Below, in pieces: positions 17,651 through 27,772 of a stretch of DNA of 64,000 bases (the stretch's first letter is position 1; each line of letters starts with the position of its first letter). The position numbers and the translations under genes are program-made. Origin of the DNA: Candidatus Heimdallarchaeota archaeon. Its GTDB lineage: Archaea > Asgardarchaeota > Heimdallarchaeia > Heimdallarchaeales > Heimdallarchaeaceae. Under the pieces are notes generated by a model, which saw only the letters and a program-made list of their open reading frames with translations, searched no databases and was not told where the DNA came from. The stretch spans positions 32,001-96,000 of the forward strand of contig JAHLWR010000011.1 of NCBI GenBank assembly GCA_019057815.1. Reading direction: 5' to 3'.

Positions 17651-20089
17651 TCAAACGGGTTCAGGAAGTGGATAAAAATCATATGATCCACTTGAACCAG
17701 CTATTTCATAGGATCCAACACCAATCCAGTCCACCCAATAGTTACCTTCTAGAGTAATAATGTCGTACCAGATGTTGTTGGTTCCTGCATCAAATGCTTG
17801 ACTATCACCATTCATATAATTATCTATGAAGTTATTATAGGATATTACATTGTTTGAAGAGTATTTATTAATTGAAAGAGCATACATTCTGCTATATAGG
17901 AAAGTGTTTCCTAATAAATTGCTATTAGATGAAAAATTCAGCTGTATCCCTGTTTCACAGTATAGCAATTGATTTTTCGAAATATTAGTTTTGAAACTAT
18001 CTTCTATTAACAAACCTACGAATGAACTATTTAGTATGCTATTGTCTTTTACAACCACATCTACGCAACCATATAGCATTGTTCCTACAACACTGAGTAG
18101 AATAGTATTATTAATAATTTCAATCGGTCCAAGCAGTTCTTCATACTTCTTAATTATCACTGAATTTTCAACTTTTGTTAACCAATAACTTGTATTGATG
18201 ACGATTCCAGAGTAAGTACTATTATAAATTAAGTTTTCAGAAACAGTAAGAAAAAAAGTAAAATAACAACGTATGCCACAACCATTATTATCTAAAGAAT
18301 TATACTTAATTGTCATAAATTTAGATTCTATTGAATGAATTCCAAAATTATTACAGTTGAAGATTTCATTTGTTGTTATATTAACTATCTCACAAAAAAT
18401 AACAAAAATCCCTTTTAAACAATTGAAAAAGTAGTTATCAGAAATAATGATTTGAGAACAAAATACCAAAGATAATCCATTAGAATTGATATTATTTAAA
18501 CTACAATTTGTTATGGTACAATTACAAGAATAATATAGAGCAATTCCGTCCTCAACACTCTCAATTTGCTGATTAAGTATTTTTATATCGGAACAATTAA
18601 AGAAAATTAGTTGACCATATTCATCTACAATTTCTTTATTTCTTACATTCTTGAAAAAACCTAAAGGTTTTTTGTTTACAGTATTATTGATAATTGTTGA
18701 GGTAGAAAATAGCAGCTCACTTTCATGACCAAAAAAACTAAGACCATTATTTATCAATTGGTTACTAATAAGGTTAAAGTTTGAGTTCAAATCAATTTTA
18801 ATCCCACTTCCATGATTATTAGAAACTACATTATCTATTACAGTTGCATTATCGAATCTCCAAAGTGAAATACCACTCCCATTATTTTTTTCAATTAAAT
18901 TATTTCTAATGTTTGTACAAGGGGATTCAATTGCACAAATTCCAAAACAATTTGAAGATATCATGTTATTTTCAATATTAGTTTTTTCAGAATCAAAAAT
19001 ACTAACCCCCTTATAAGTATTTGAAAGAGTGGAGTTTAGGATATCACAATTAGAACATGCTCTGAATTCAATAGCTGTGTAGCTATTATTGATCCTCTGA
19101 TTTACAATAGAAACATTAATACAATCAATTAGAAAAATTTGTCCATATTTATCAGAAAGCACTGAATTTTCGAGTTTAGTGAAGAATCCAAGTTTATACC
19201 CATTGATCCAATTATTATATACATTATAGTGTTCAAATCTACTATCAAAAAAATAATCAAGTTGAATACCTAAACCACAGAGAAGGTTATTAGAAATTGT
19301 TGTATTGGTTGAATCACGTATATATAATTTACCTTTATTATCACTATCTACAACATTTCCGTTTATAATAGAATTGGGTGACCATTCCATTGAAAGAAAG
19401 TATCGAGGGGAATCAACAAAAGTATTATTCTGAATTTCAACTTCTGCACTGAAACTAACACGAATATAGCTTTTACTAAATGAATTGTGAACAATCAAAG
19501 TAAAATCTGAACCCCTTAATTCAATTCCAATCATTAGTTCTCCAATTTTTTCCTCAAAAAAACAATTATTTTGTATTCTTACATTGTTTGAATCTTGGAC
19601 ATATATTCCCTGATATCCACAGTTATAGATTGAATTATTTGTGATATAGGCAGTATTTGGAGCTATATTTTTAATTGAAATACCAGTGGAACTAGCTTTT
19701 AATATACAATTTTGTATCACAAAATATGAAGCTATATCCATAATAAGAATGGCATCTCTTGCAGTTGTTGTAATATTAAAATACTCAATGATATAGGGAG
19801 AGTCTTTTGTACCTTTACCCTTGGATGTATAATTCTTGAAGTCAATTTCTCTTTTTATCACAATTGACTCAGTCGTATTTTCAAAGGATGGTTCAGTCAA
19901 ATCATCAGGATATGAATCGGATTGATCATTAATTAAGAAATAAATTCCTACTATACTTCCGCTAATAATAAATAAAGAAAAAAGTATGGATATCGACTTA
20001 AAAAAAGTTGAATTAATCTTTATTTGTTTCATAATATCACAATTGTGTATCACTTGTTTAGGTGTTGGAACACTTATAGGTATTTTCAT
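17651..20089 (-). CDS. CASH/NosD right-handed beta-helix surface protein
   Basis: Parallel beta-helix repeats, G.GT...PYII motif, C-terminal GNYW.DW...D.YPL. Confidence 0.85.
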   Translation of the reverse strand: MKIPISVPTPKQVIHNCDIMKQIKINSTFFKSISILFSLFIISGSIVGIYFLINDQSDSYPDDLTEPSFENTTESIVIKREIDFKNYTSKGKGTKDSPYIIEYFNITTTARDAILIMDIASYFVIQNCILKASSTGISIKNIAPNTAYITNNSIYNCGYQGIYVQDSNNVRIQNNCFFEEKIGELMIGIELRGSDFTLIVHNSFSKSYIRVSFSAEVEIQNNTFVDSPRYFLSMEWSPNSIINGNVVDSDNKGKLYIRDSTNTTISNNLLCGLGIQLDYFFDSRFEHYNVYNNWINGYKLGFFTKLENSVLSDKYGQIFLIDCINVSIVNQRINNSYTAIEFRACSNCDILNSTLSNTYKGVSIFDSEKTNIENNMISSNCFGICAIESPCTNIRNNLIEKNNGSGISLWRFDNATVIDNVVSNNHGSGIKIDLNSNFNLISNQLINNGLSFFGHESELLFSTSTIINNTVNKKPLGFFKNVRNKEIVDEYGQLIFFNCSDIKILNQQIESVEDGIALYYSCNCTITNCSLNNINSNGLSLVFCSQIIISDNYFFNCLKGIFVIFCEIVNITTNEIFNCNNFGIHSIESKFMTIKYNSLDNNGCGIRCYFTFFLTVSENLIYNSTYSGIVINTSYWLTKVENSVIIKKYEELLGPIEIINNTILLSVVGTMLYGCVDVVVKDNSILNSSFVGLLIEDSFKTNISKNQLLYCETGIQLNFSSNSNLLGNTFLYSRMYALSINKYSSNNVISYNNFIDNYMNGDSQAFDAGTNNIWYDIITLEGNYWVDWIGVGSYEIAGSSGSYDFYPLPEPV

Positions 20090-20300
20090 GTAGATAAGAC
20101 AACTGAATTATTCAAGAGGAAAAACGTTAATACTACTACTACTATGATTTCAGTAATTAACTTACTTTGTTCCGATAATTTGAATAACTGGCTTCTTTTA
20201 AGACGTTTATTTCAGCTTTAATATTGTTCCTTAAAAGAACATCTATTTTATACAATAAGTTTATATATACCTTTTAGTAAATGGTATGATTAGAGTATAG

Positions 20301-22043
20301 TTGAAGTTTCATAATCCGGTGAGAAATTTGAAGATAAAAGAAACCAAGACAAATAAAATCAAGAATAAATATTTGAAAAAACTCTCTTTAGAATTAATTA
20401 AAAGAGGTACTGCAAATGATCAAATAAAATCAATATTAGATGAAGTCTCGATTAGCATCGAAGACTATGTTTCAGAGTTTAAACCAAAAGATTTCAGTGA
20501 AATGATGGAAAAATTTGGTTCTCCTCAGAATTTCTGTGATAATAACTCAATTATTCGTTCACGTGAAGCATTAACAGGTCAAATAGTGTTTTTAGTACTG
20601 ACAACTCTTAGTCTTTTGGTAGTCCCTGTAATTGTGATAACAAGCATTTCGATTCGTATGGTACCTCATTCGCTTATTTTTGAGAGATCAGAGAAATTTT
20701 TTTTGGGAATAGAGGGAGCAAATAATGGTTATGGATTTTTGGGGATTATATTTGGTCTAAGTATTTACATATGGATGCTTTATCAATACTTCAAGGATAA
20801 ATTTTCACCTTACGATATAAGGGAGAATATTAAAATTATCATACTTTTATTATTCTGGTTTTTAGTGGTTTTCTACCTTTATCTAGTTATAAGGAATTAT
20901 ACCTTCTATCATGAAGTAATAGCTGATATGTGGAACCAAGATATGAAACTTATTGTTTTAGAAGGATTAATTAGATGGTTAGCTGCTGGAATTGTATTAC
21001 TTGTTATAACCATGCTTTATACTAACAAATACTATAGGTATTATCGCAAAAAGAATCGCAGAGAACAGAAAAAATTCCTAATAGACCAAGTGGGTGTATT
21101 GGTTATCGTTTTTGTTTTAACTAGTTTTATATCTCCTGGACCAAGTATTGGAGTATTAATTACTGCAATGGCAATTGGAACTATTTTAATAGGAAAAATT
21201 ACAGGAAAAACATGGATTTTAGGCATTCTCGCTTTGTTACTACATTTAGGAGCCTTAATAAATGACTTAGTTGCTATAGAAGATATAGTAAGCAATCGTT
21301 TTGATAGAACACGAATTATTTTTGGAATTAGAACGAGTAATACTGAAAACATCGTTTTTCCAGCTATCATAATATCATTGTGTCTTGTTATTATTTGGAC
21401 AATATTTTGTATTAGGGTTTTAAAGAGGGATAAGAGACAATTTTTACCCCGTTTCAACTTACAAAAAGGAAGGACAATGTTTGTTTCTATTTCTTTAGTC
21501 ACTTTGGCTCTTATTGCTGTTCTTGGTTCACAACCCCATTACACGTTAATTGCAGAGGATTATCATGTAGAAGTTTCAGAAACATATATTACAGCTGACC
21601 TATTTTACAAGATACCAGATAAAGGAAGATTATTCATATCATATTATACATCTATAGAAGACAGCGATCACAAACTAAGTGGTAGTTGGTTTCTTACTTG
21701 GAAGCTAGCTGGCGCCATTTTAACAACATTCAAAAGTGAAGGAAATTTCTCAAGTAAAACTGACCCTAGTTACTCAAATACAATATTCAATTACACTTTT
21801 TCAATTCACTACTTATCATTGAAAATAAATAATTCTGGAACTATTCATTATCAGTATAAGATTAGAATTGATAGTTTGACAGTTTTAATACCAGTTTTTC
21901 AAATTCAGTGGTCACCAATAGTACCATGGTTTAAAACTTGGAATGATGTTACCATATTCATTAGTACAATAGTACTCTTTTTCTTATCCTGGAATAAGAA
22001 GAGGAACATAATTTCACTGAACTCGAAAAAAGGAGATGCTTAA
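20301..22043 (+). CDS. Multi-pass membrane protein with HAAS-like N-terminal domain
   Basis: YLKKLSLEL...ILDEV...IED...EKFGSPQ N-terminus; many TMs; abuts a PadR gene. Confidence 0.65.
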   Translation: MKFHNPVRNLKIKETKTNKIKNKYLKKLSLELIKRGTANDQIKSILDEVSISIEDYVSEFKPKDFSEMMEKFGSPQNFCDNNSIIRSREALTGQIVFLVLTTLSLLVVPVIVITSISIRMVPHSLIFERSEKFFLGIEGANNGYGFLGIIFGLSIYIWMLYQYFKDKFSPYDIRENIKIIILLLFWFLVVFYLYLVIRNYTFYHEVIADMWNQDMKLIVLEGLIRWLAAGIVLLVITMLYTNKYYRYYRKKNRREQKKFLIDQVGVLVIVFVLTSFISPGPSIGVLITAMAIGTILIGKITGKTWILGILALLLHLGALINDLVAIEDIVSNRFDRTRIIFGIRTSNTENIVFPAIIISLCLVIIWTIFCIRVLKRDKRQFLPRFNLQKGRTMFVSISLVTLALIAVLGSQPHYTLIAEDYHVEVSETYITADLFYKIPDKGRLFISYYTSIEDSDHKLSGSWFLTWKLAGAILTTFKSEGNFSSKTDPSYSNTIFNYTFSIHYLSLKINNSGTIHYQYKIRIDSLTVLIPVFQIQWSPIVPWFKTWNDVTIFISTIVLFFLSWNKKRNIISLNSKKGDA

Positions 22044-22412
22044 ATGCCAAGAGATGAGCATGAAGAAGAAGTCTTGTTGAAAAAATGGCGAGCGCAACTA
22101 TCTAGAGGGATCTTAGAATTCCTCGTGCTCATCCTCCTACAGAAAGAAAGACATGGTTGGGATATCTTGCAACTAGTTAGATCTTTATTACCTCCAACTG
22201 AACCCCCATTAGCAGATGGTACAATTTACAATATTCTAACTAGATTAAAAGAAAGAGAATTAGTATCGTCTAGAAGCAAAATCATAGAAGGAAGAATGAG
22301 AAGATATTATAAACTATCAAAAAAAGGTGAGGTATTATTAACTGAAATGATTAAAGATTGGAAGAGTGTGATAATTTCAATTTCTGAAGCTGAAGAAATA
22401 AGTAAAACATAA
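22044..22412 (+). CDS. PadR-family transcriptional regulator
   Basis: QLSRGILEFLVL...RHGW, GTIYNILTRL and RRYYKLS.KG motifs. Confidence 0.92.
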   Translation: MPRDEHEEEVLLKKWRAQLSRGILEFLVLILLQKERHGWDILQLVRSLLPPTEPPLADGTIYNILTRLKERELVSSRSKIIEGRMRRYYKLSKKGEVLLTEMIKDWKSVIISISEAEEISKT

Positions 22413-22664
22413 AATTTTAGGAATAAGTGTACTTCTAATAATAATCAAAGAGTAAAAGAATGCTCTAAACTGCAGAAAAGAGCTAGTAAAAGACTACATT
22501 TGTGGGATATCATTCCAGAGTGAAGACGATATTACTTTACCTCATGAAGGTTTTTCAACTGATTTTCTATATCGTACTAAAGCCACCAACTTTGATGGCA
22601 TTAATAATTTCATTAGCACTTCTAACTCTTTTCCACAACACCATAAGCCAATTATAGAATATAG

Positions 22665-22730
22665 TAACGTTATGGTAATATTTATATATACTGAGGAGAA
22701 ATAATAACGTGACGAAATTAATTTCGTAAC
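22665..22730 (+). promoter_or_regulatory. Promoter of the second bZIP-like/actin operon with palindromes
   Basis: TAACGTTA (22665-22672), TATA box TTTATATA (22681-22688) and the perfect 16-bp palindrome ACGAAATTAATTTCGT (22712-22727). Confidence 0.6.
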
Positions 22731-22749
22731 CAACTAGTGTTGTGATAAT

Positions 22750-23649
22750 ATGACTGATAAGAAGAAGAAAGGACCTGGACGTCCCCGAAAACATGTTTCT
22801 TATGATGTGCCTAAAGACGAACTTGCTGCAGCTAGACAGAAAGCTTATCGTGCTCAGAAGAAAAAAAGAATTGTGGAAATCCAACGCAAGGTTGGACGAC
22901 TTGAACAGGAAGTAATAACTATGTCGAAAACTGATAAAAAAATATCGCCTGAAATGCAAGCAATACATGAAGATATTCAAGCTCCTTGGGTGAAATATAC
23001 AGAATCAGAGCTCATGGAAATGGATGATTCTCAGCTTGAACGAATAAGGGCTGTTTTAATAAATCGCTTAATGAATCCTTTTGGTAATCCGTTAACCCAA
23101 GCTTTAGAAAGGGTAATTATGCCCTCTGTTGATCGCGAATTTGATTCAAGAGGTTTAGACTTGAAGAAACCTCCCAAAGAAATAGCAGAAGAAGGGTTAT
23201 CTAAACCTGCAGAGGATGTGACACCAAAGACTGACATGCAAATAAGTCAGTATCTTGAGAGGCTTGAAGCTGAAGGTGTGGATATTTCATCTATTAAGGA
23301 TCATGTTGTTCCTTCATCAATGGAATATAGGAAAGAAGAATCACCTCTTCACTGGAAAAATGTAACAGTAGGGCACAGAATCCAGCCGCTATTTGATACT
23401 TTTCAACAGATGATTTTGCTGTATAATGTTGAAGCTGAATTATCTAGACGAAAACGAGAAATGGCATTGGATTCAGATGTTGAACAGCTCGAAAAACGTA
23501 TCGAAGAACTTGAGAAATCGCTTGTTGATGAAAGAACAAGAGAAGTAAAGAGAAGTTACGCAAGAAAGATGGAGGATTACGCAAGAAGAACGGAGAAAAA
23601 AGATATAATCAAGAAGTCTCCAAAAAAGAAGACTAAAGGTGGTGAATAA
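22750..23649 (+). CDS. AT-hook + bZIP-like coiled-coil protein (paralogue 2)
   Basis: GPGRPRK...AAARQKAYRAQKKKRIVEIQRKVGRLEQEV and C-terminal LLYNVEAELSRRKR...QLEKRIEELE. Clearly homologous to 15523..16263. Confidence 0.75.
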   Translation: MTDKKKKGPGRPRKHVSYDVPKDELAAARQKAYRAQKKKRIVEIQRKVGRLEQEVITMSKTDKKISPEMQAIHEDIQAPWVKYTESELMEMDDSQLERIRAVLINRLMNPFGNPLTQALERVIMPSVDREFDSRGLDLKKPPKEIAEEGLSKPAEDVTPKTDMQISQYLERLEAEGVDISSIKDHVVPSSMEYRKEESPLHWKNVTVGHRIQPLFDTFQQMILLYNVEAELSRRKREMALDSDVEQLEKRIEELEKSLVDERTREVKRSYARKMEDYARRTEKKDIIKKSPKKKTKGGE

Positions 23650-23786
23650 ATGTCCGACGAAGTATACACCAAACCTATAGTCTTAGATAAACGGTACTGG
23701 CTTCACTAAAAACATTTTCGAAATTGTGGGAGACAAAGAAAGAATACCAAGAAATGGGTCCAAGTTCTGTATATAGGTGTATATAG
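23650..23786 (+). pseudogene. Internally deleted canonical Asgard actin gene (N- and C-termini only)
   Basis: MSDEVYTKPIVLD[+1 A]NGTGFTKN joined to LASLKTFSKLWETKKEYQEMGPSSVYRCI*. ATG abuts the upstream TAA, with a GGTGA SD. Confidence 0.88.
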
Positions 23787-23837
23787 TTTTTTCTTTTTTT
23801 GTTTCTGAAATAAAATAAAAAAATAAAGAGAAAAAGA
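23787..23837. terminator. Bidirectional T-rich/A-rich terminator region between convergent genes
   Basis: TTTTTTCTTTTTTT follows the actin-remnant stop; A-tracts precede the convergent NosD stop. Confidence 0.5.
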
Positions 23838-23838
23838 A

Positions 23839-25734
23839 TTACTTCTTCTTCTTTCGCTTAATTCTTAATCCTACATACATTACAGGCACAGCAAATAGAA
23901 TGTAATTTAATTCTCCATGATATTCAGAGATTATTATGATTAATGGTTCTTCAAGTGGATAAGTATCATTAGATCTTGCTGCACCATCAATTGTGTAATT
24001 TCCTAATTCACTCCAGTCTGACCAATAATTTCCTTCTAGAGTAATTGTGTCGTACCAGATGTTGTTTGTTCCTTCATCATATGCTTGACTTGAAGTTCCA
24101 CCATTTTCAGTGAAAGTGTTATGGTGAATAACGTTATTTGCTGAAGCAGAGTCCACATACAAAGCGTAAGCATAATTTGCATGAAAAATATTGTATGTTA
24201 CGTTTGTATTAGTACAACTATAGAGTATTGTTCCAGTAGCAGAACTACCTCCGGTACCAAAAGCTATTGAATTATTGGTTATGATTCCATAAGAAGTACC
24301 TTGAAATCTGCTATTATACCATGAATTTCCAAACAGAGTGTTATTTATAACTTTAAAATCTGTAACACTGTTGAGCAAATATATTCCAAATTGGTTATTA
24401 CTAGCAAAATTATCCTTAATTATTATATCATTGCTGGAAATTGCATAAATTCCACCGTAGTTTCTATTGTTACTACATGTATTGTTCTGTATGAAAATCG
24501 AAGAAGAATGTGTAAAATAGATACTTCCATAGTTATTCGCATTAAAGTCATTATTAGTTATATTAATCGAATTACAATATCGAAAAATTAAAGCTCTACT
24601 TGTATCCATAATATGAACATTCGATATACTAATGTTTGAACAATAAGCCATGATGATTTGTCCATAGAAGTCTCCAGAGATAGTTGCATCAATAAGATCT
24701 CTGAAAAATCCTAAAGGTTTGTCATTCACCGTGTTATTTTCAACATTTAGTTCATCATACACTGCTAAATCTCCTGGTGCGGAAATATCAAAACCATCTT
24801 TTGTTAATGTGTTGTTGACAATTATTGTTCGTGCAGCTAGTTCGTTGTTAATCCCTTCCCATCTGTTATAGTATAATGTATTATTGATTATGGAATTATC
24901 TGCTCCCCCTTGCAAATAGATTCCTCTACGACTATTATCATGAATGTAATTGAAATTTACAGTTGTATCAACAGAATACTTGATGTAAATTCCGTAATAT
25001 CCATTGCTGTAACATTCATTATCAATTACCTTACAATTATCTGCATTATCAACATAAATACCATATTGTGTATTGCCCCAACACATATTTTCAATCAATG
25101 TAGTATTAGCTGATTTAGTCCATATCCCGTGTTGTGTGTTAGAGTAGAACTTGTTCAAACTGAAAATTGAATGTGCTGACCCTTCAACATAAACCCCATT
25201 AGCTTGATATGCACAAGTGTTGTTTGTTACAATGGTATATGGTGAAAATTCTAAGAAAATCCCATCGGAATTATCGTTGCAGATATTTTCTGTGATATTT
25301 ACATAAGTAGTATCGCTGATTCTAATTCCATGCCCACTACCAGTACAAGTATTATTGTAAATCGTTGCTGTACCATCAGCAACATTGTCTATACAAATAC
25401 CACTGCCAAAAGCTTCTAATGTACAATTACGAATGGTAAAATATTTTGTTGTACCAGTAATATATATCCCATAATATTCAGTAGTCTCAATGTCATAATT
25501 TTCAATTATGTATGGTGATTCTGGTTCTCCTGTCCCCGAAGAACTATTTCCTGCTAAATCGTCATCATTAGTTATGTAAAGACGTTCATCTGAAGACAGA
25601 TTTTTATTTGGATAAAGATTAGCGCTAGAATCTTCAGCGGATATCTCAGTCAGAACTAATGTAATCGACGCAGTGCTAAGAAGAATCAAAATAATAATTA
25701 AAACTTTTAGATTTTTTTTAGTAATGTTTCTCAT
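23839..25734 (-). CDS. CASH/NosD beta-helix surface protein with C-terminal anchor
   Basis: Signal peptide, beta-helix repeats, GNYWSDW, TM plus RKKKK tail. Confidence 0.88.
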   Translation of the reverse strand: MRNITKKNLKVLIIILILLSTASITLVLTEISAEDSSANLYPNKNLSSDERLYITNDDDLAGNSSSGTGEPESPYIIENYDIETTEYYGIYITGTTKYFTIRNCTLEAFGSGICIDNVADGTATIYNNTCTGSGHGIRISDTTYVNITENICNDNSDGIFLEFSPYTIVTNNTCAYQANGVYVEGSAHSIFSLNKFYSNTQHGIWTKSANTTLIENMCWGNTQYGIYVDNADNCKVIDNECYSNGYYGIYIKYSVDTTVNFNYIHDNSRRGIYLQGGADNSIINNTLYYNRWEGINNELAARTIIVNNTLTKDGFDISAPGDLAVYDELNVENNTVNDKPLGFFRDLIDATISGDFYGQIIMAYCSNISISNVHIMDTSRALIFRYCNSINITNNDFNANNYGSIYFTHSSSIFIQNNTCSNNRNYGGIYAISSNDIIIKDNFASNNQFGIYLLNSVTDFKVINNTLFGNSWYNSRFQGTSYGIITNNSIAFGTGGSSATGTILYSCTNTNVTYNIFHANYAYALYVDSASANNVIHHNTFTENGGTSSQAYDEGTNNIWYDTITLEGNYWSDWSELGNYTIDGAARSNDTYPLEEPLIIIISEYHGELNYILFAVPVMYVGLRIKRKKKK

Positions 25735-25823
25735 AAAATCCCTATATAAAGAAAGTTATTTGAATATTTAATATTTTCCCGAGCAATACTCTAATTCTCT
25801 CCATTTACCATCAAGTGTAACCC

Positions 25824-26006
25824 ATGTCTGTTGAGTTAACAAATTTCAGAAAATTCAACAAATCTGAGAAAATGTCTAATTGGTTTACCTTTCACAAATT
25901 TTTCAAGGATTGGAAACCTGAGATAATAATAGAAACAATTTTTGAAGAACTCCCAGAAAATGAGATTAGAAAGAAAATTGATGAATTGGAAATTATCCTT
26001 ATATAG
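25824..26006 (+). CDS. Small hypothetical protein or gene remnant
   Basis: 60-aa ORF co-oriented with the downstream hydrolase. Confidence 0.3.
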   Translation: MSVELTNFRKFNKSEKMSNWFTFHKFFKDWKPEIIIETIFEELPENEIRKKIDELEIILI

Positions 26007-26032
26007 ATGTAACTTCTCTATTTTCTGATAAT

Positions 26033-27583
26033 ATGGTAATTGTGGAATTCTCTGTTCCTGTACATATGCGGGATAATATAAAACTTTCAACAATTGTTAT
26101 AAAACCAGAAAAGAGTGGGCAATATCCTCTTTTTCTTTTACGCACTCCTTATAGCGCAAAGAAAATATTTACAACAGGTAAGATGGTATCAGAGCAGTTT
26201 AACTCTGTAATTGTTTTACAAGACTGCAGGGGGAGATATGATTCAGAAGGGGTATTCAGAGTTTGTGATGAAAAAGAAGATACATTGGATACAATAAGAT
26301 GGATAAAGCAACAAGAGTGGTTTAATGGCGAATTACATATTTTTGGTCCTTCTTATTTGGGGTATGTAGCATTACAAATATTGGATGAAGACATCAATAT
26401 TAAAACAATTTTCGCTCCAACAGTTCTCGGTAGTCTGAAAGATTCTATCTATCGAGGAAATGTCCTTCAATATCATTGGGCTCTCCCTTGGACAATAATG
26501 ACTTCAACAAGAGTCCAATCTTCTCTTACTTTAGTGAACGGAAAATGGCCTGAAGTTTACAAAGATGTTTATAAAAAAGATATTAGTCTTGCTGTTCATG
26601 ATTTAGGTTGGCCTGATCAAATTTGGAAATATTTTCTCACACCCTTAGATAATCCATCATGGGATAAACATGATCTTACATTTAATCAACCTACAGATAC
26701 TAGAATTTGTTTAATTGGGGCTTGGTTCGATTTCTTGCTAAATAGTACACTTAAAACCTACGAAGATTTACTTCAAGCAGGAGGAGAGAAGCCAGATTTG
26801 ATACTCGGACCATGGAGTCATAATGGTTACCTTGCAAGCCAAGCAGGCGTCGAGAGTTGGGAATTTGGGATTGAAGGAAAAAGTAACTTTCTTTTGGATA
26901 TGAAGGAGCTATTGGAAAGAGAAAGAAATAATGATTCACAGATAATTAAAGCGTTTATTCTTCGTGCTAATAAGTGGGTGAATTTAGATTCTTGGCCACC
27001 TAATTCCATAACAGAAAAAAAATTCTATTTAGATGTAAACCAAGAGCTTTCCGAGGAACCATCAAAGAAAGAATTTACTGAGCTTCCAATTGAAGTTGAT
27101 CTTGAGAATCCTGTTCCGACTCTTGGAGGTAATGTTTGGGAATCTTACCCTCCAATTGAACCAGGACCTGTTGACCAAAGTCCTCTGTTGGATAGAACAG
27201 ATATTTTGCAGTTTTACACCGAACCACTTGAACAAAGTTTTACTATTTTGGGGCCAATGTCTGTTGATCTTTGGATAAAAACAGATGTACCTGAAACTCA
27301 TTTCACTGCAAAACTAGTAGTAGTTGATGCTGAAAATGAGCATAAAATTTTTCAGGATGGCATTTTGCAAATAATAGGACCAACTGAAGCTTTTGTAAAA
27401 ATAACTATTGATTTATTAGCAACAGGGATTAAGATTTATAGGAATGAGAGAATAGGTTTAGAAATTAGTTGGTCTAACTTCCCAAAATTCGCTTTGCCCA
27501 ATCTTAACGGAAAAACAACTCAGAAGGTTTTGATATCAAGGAATAAAGAATCTATCTTGAAAATACCAATAATTAATTGGTAG
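26033..27583 (+). CDS. CocE/NonD-family serine hydrolase
   Basis: RTPY, QDCRGRYDSEG, G.SYLG nucleophile, G.WFD, GPWSH and a PepX-like C-domain. Confidence 0.92.
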   Translation: MVIVEFSVPVHMRDNIKLSTIVIKPEKSGQYPLFLLRTPYSAKKIFTTGKMVSEQFNSVIVLQDCRGRYDSEGVFRVCDEKEDTLDTIRWIKQQEWFNGELHIFGPSYLGYVALQILDEDINIKTIFAPTVLGSLKDSIYRGNVLQYHWALPWTIMTSTRVQSSLTLVNGKWPEVYKDVYKKDISLAVHDLGWPDQIWKYFLTPLDNPSWDKHDLTFNQPTDTRICLIGAWFDFLLNSTLKTYEDLLQAGGEKPDLILGPWSHNGYLASQAGVESWEFGIEGKSNFLLDMKELLERERNNDSQIIKAFILRANKWVNLDSWPPNSITEKKFYLDVNQELSEEPSKKEFTELPIEVDLENPVPTLGGNVWESYPPIEPGPVDQSPLLDRTDILQFYTEPLEQSFTILGPMSVDLWIKTDVPETHFTAKLVVVDAENEHKIFQDGILQIIGPTEAFVKITIDLLATGIKIYRNERIGLEISWSNFPKFALPNLNGKTTQKVLISRNKESILKIPIINW

Positions 27584-27772
27584 ATTTACCTTCTTCTCTC
27601 TTACTTCATCAATTCAACAAGAATTCTTGATGATCCACTAAGAGTTTATTGGATAATTCAATAGGATTTTTCCAGTAAATTTTCTCTAGAACTTCTTTTG
27701 GCAAAGAAAAACCCATCGATTTTTGTGCTATATTAATACTCAATTATTATTAATAATAACGTAAAAACAGAT

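Noticed and set aside
17735-24090. 69-bp near-repeat at two NosD 3' ends as a DGR template/variable pair (5 of 7 mismatches are at A in one copy)
   Set aside because: Both copies are inside coding paralogues, two mismatches are non-A, the DNA is A-rich, and no reverse transcriptase is in the window.
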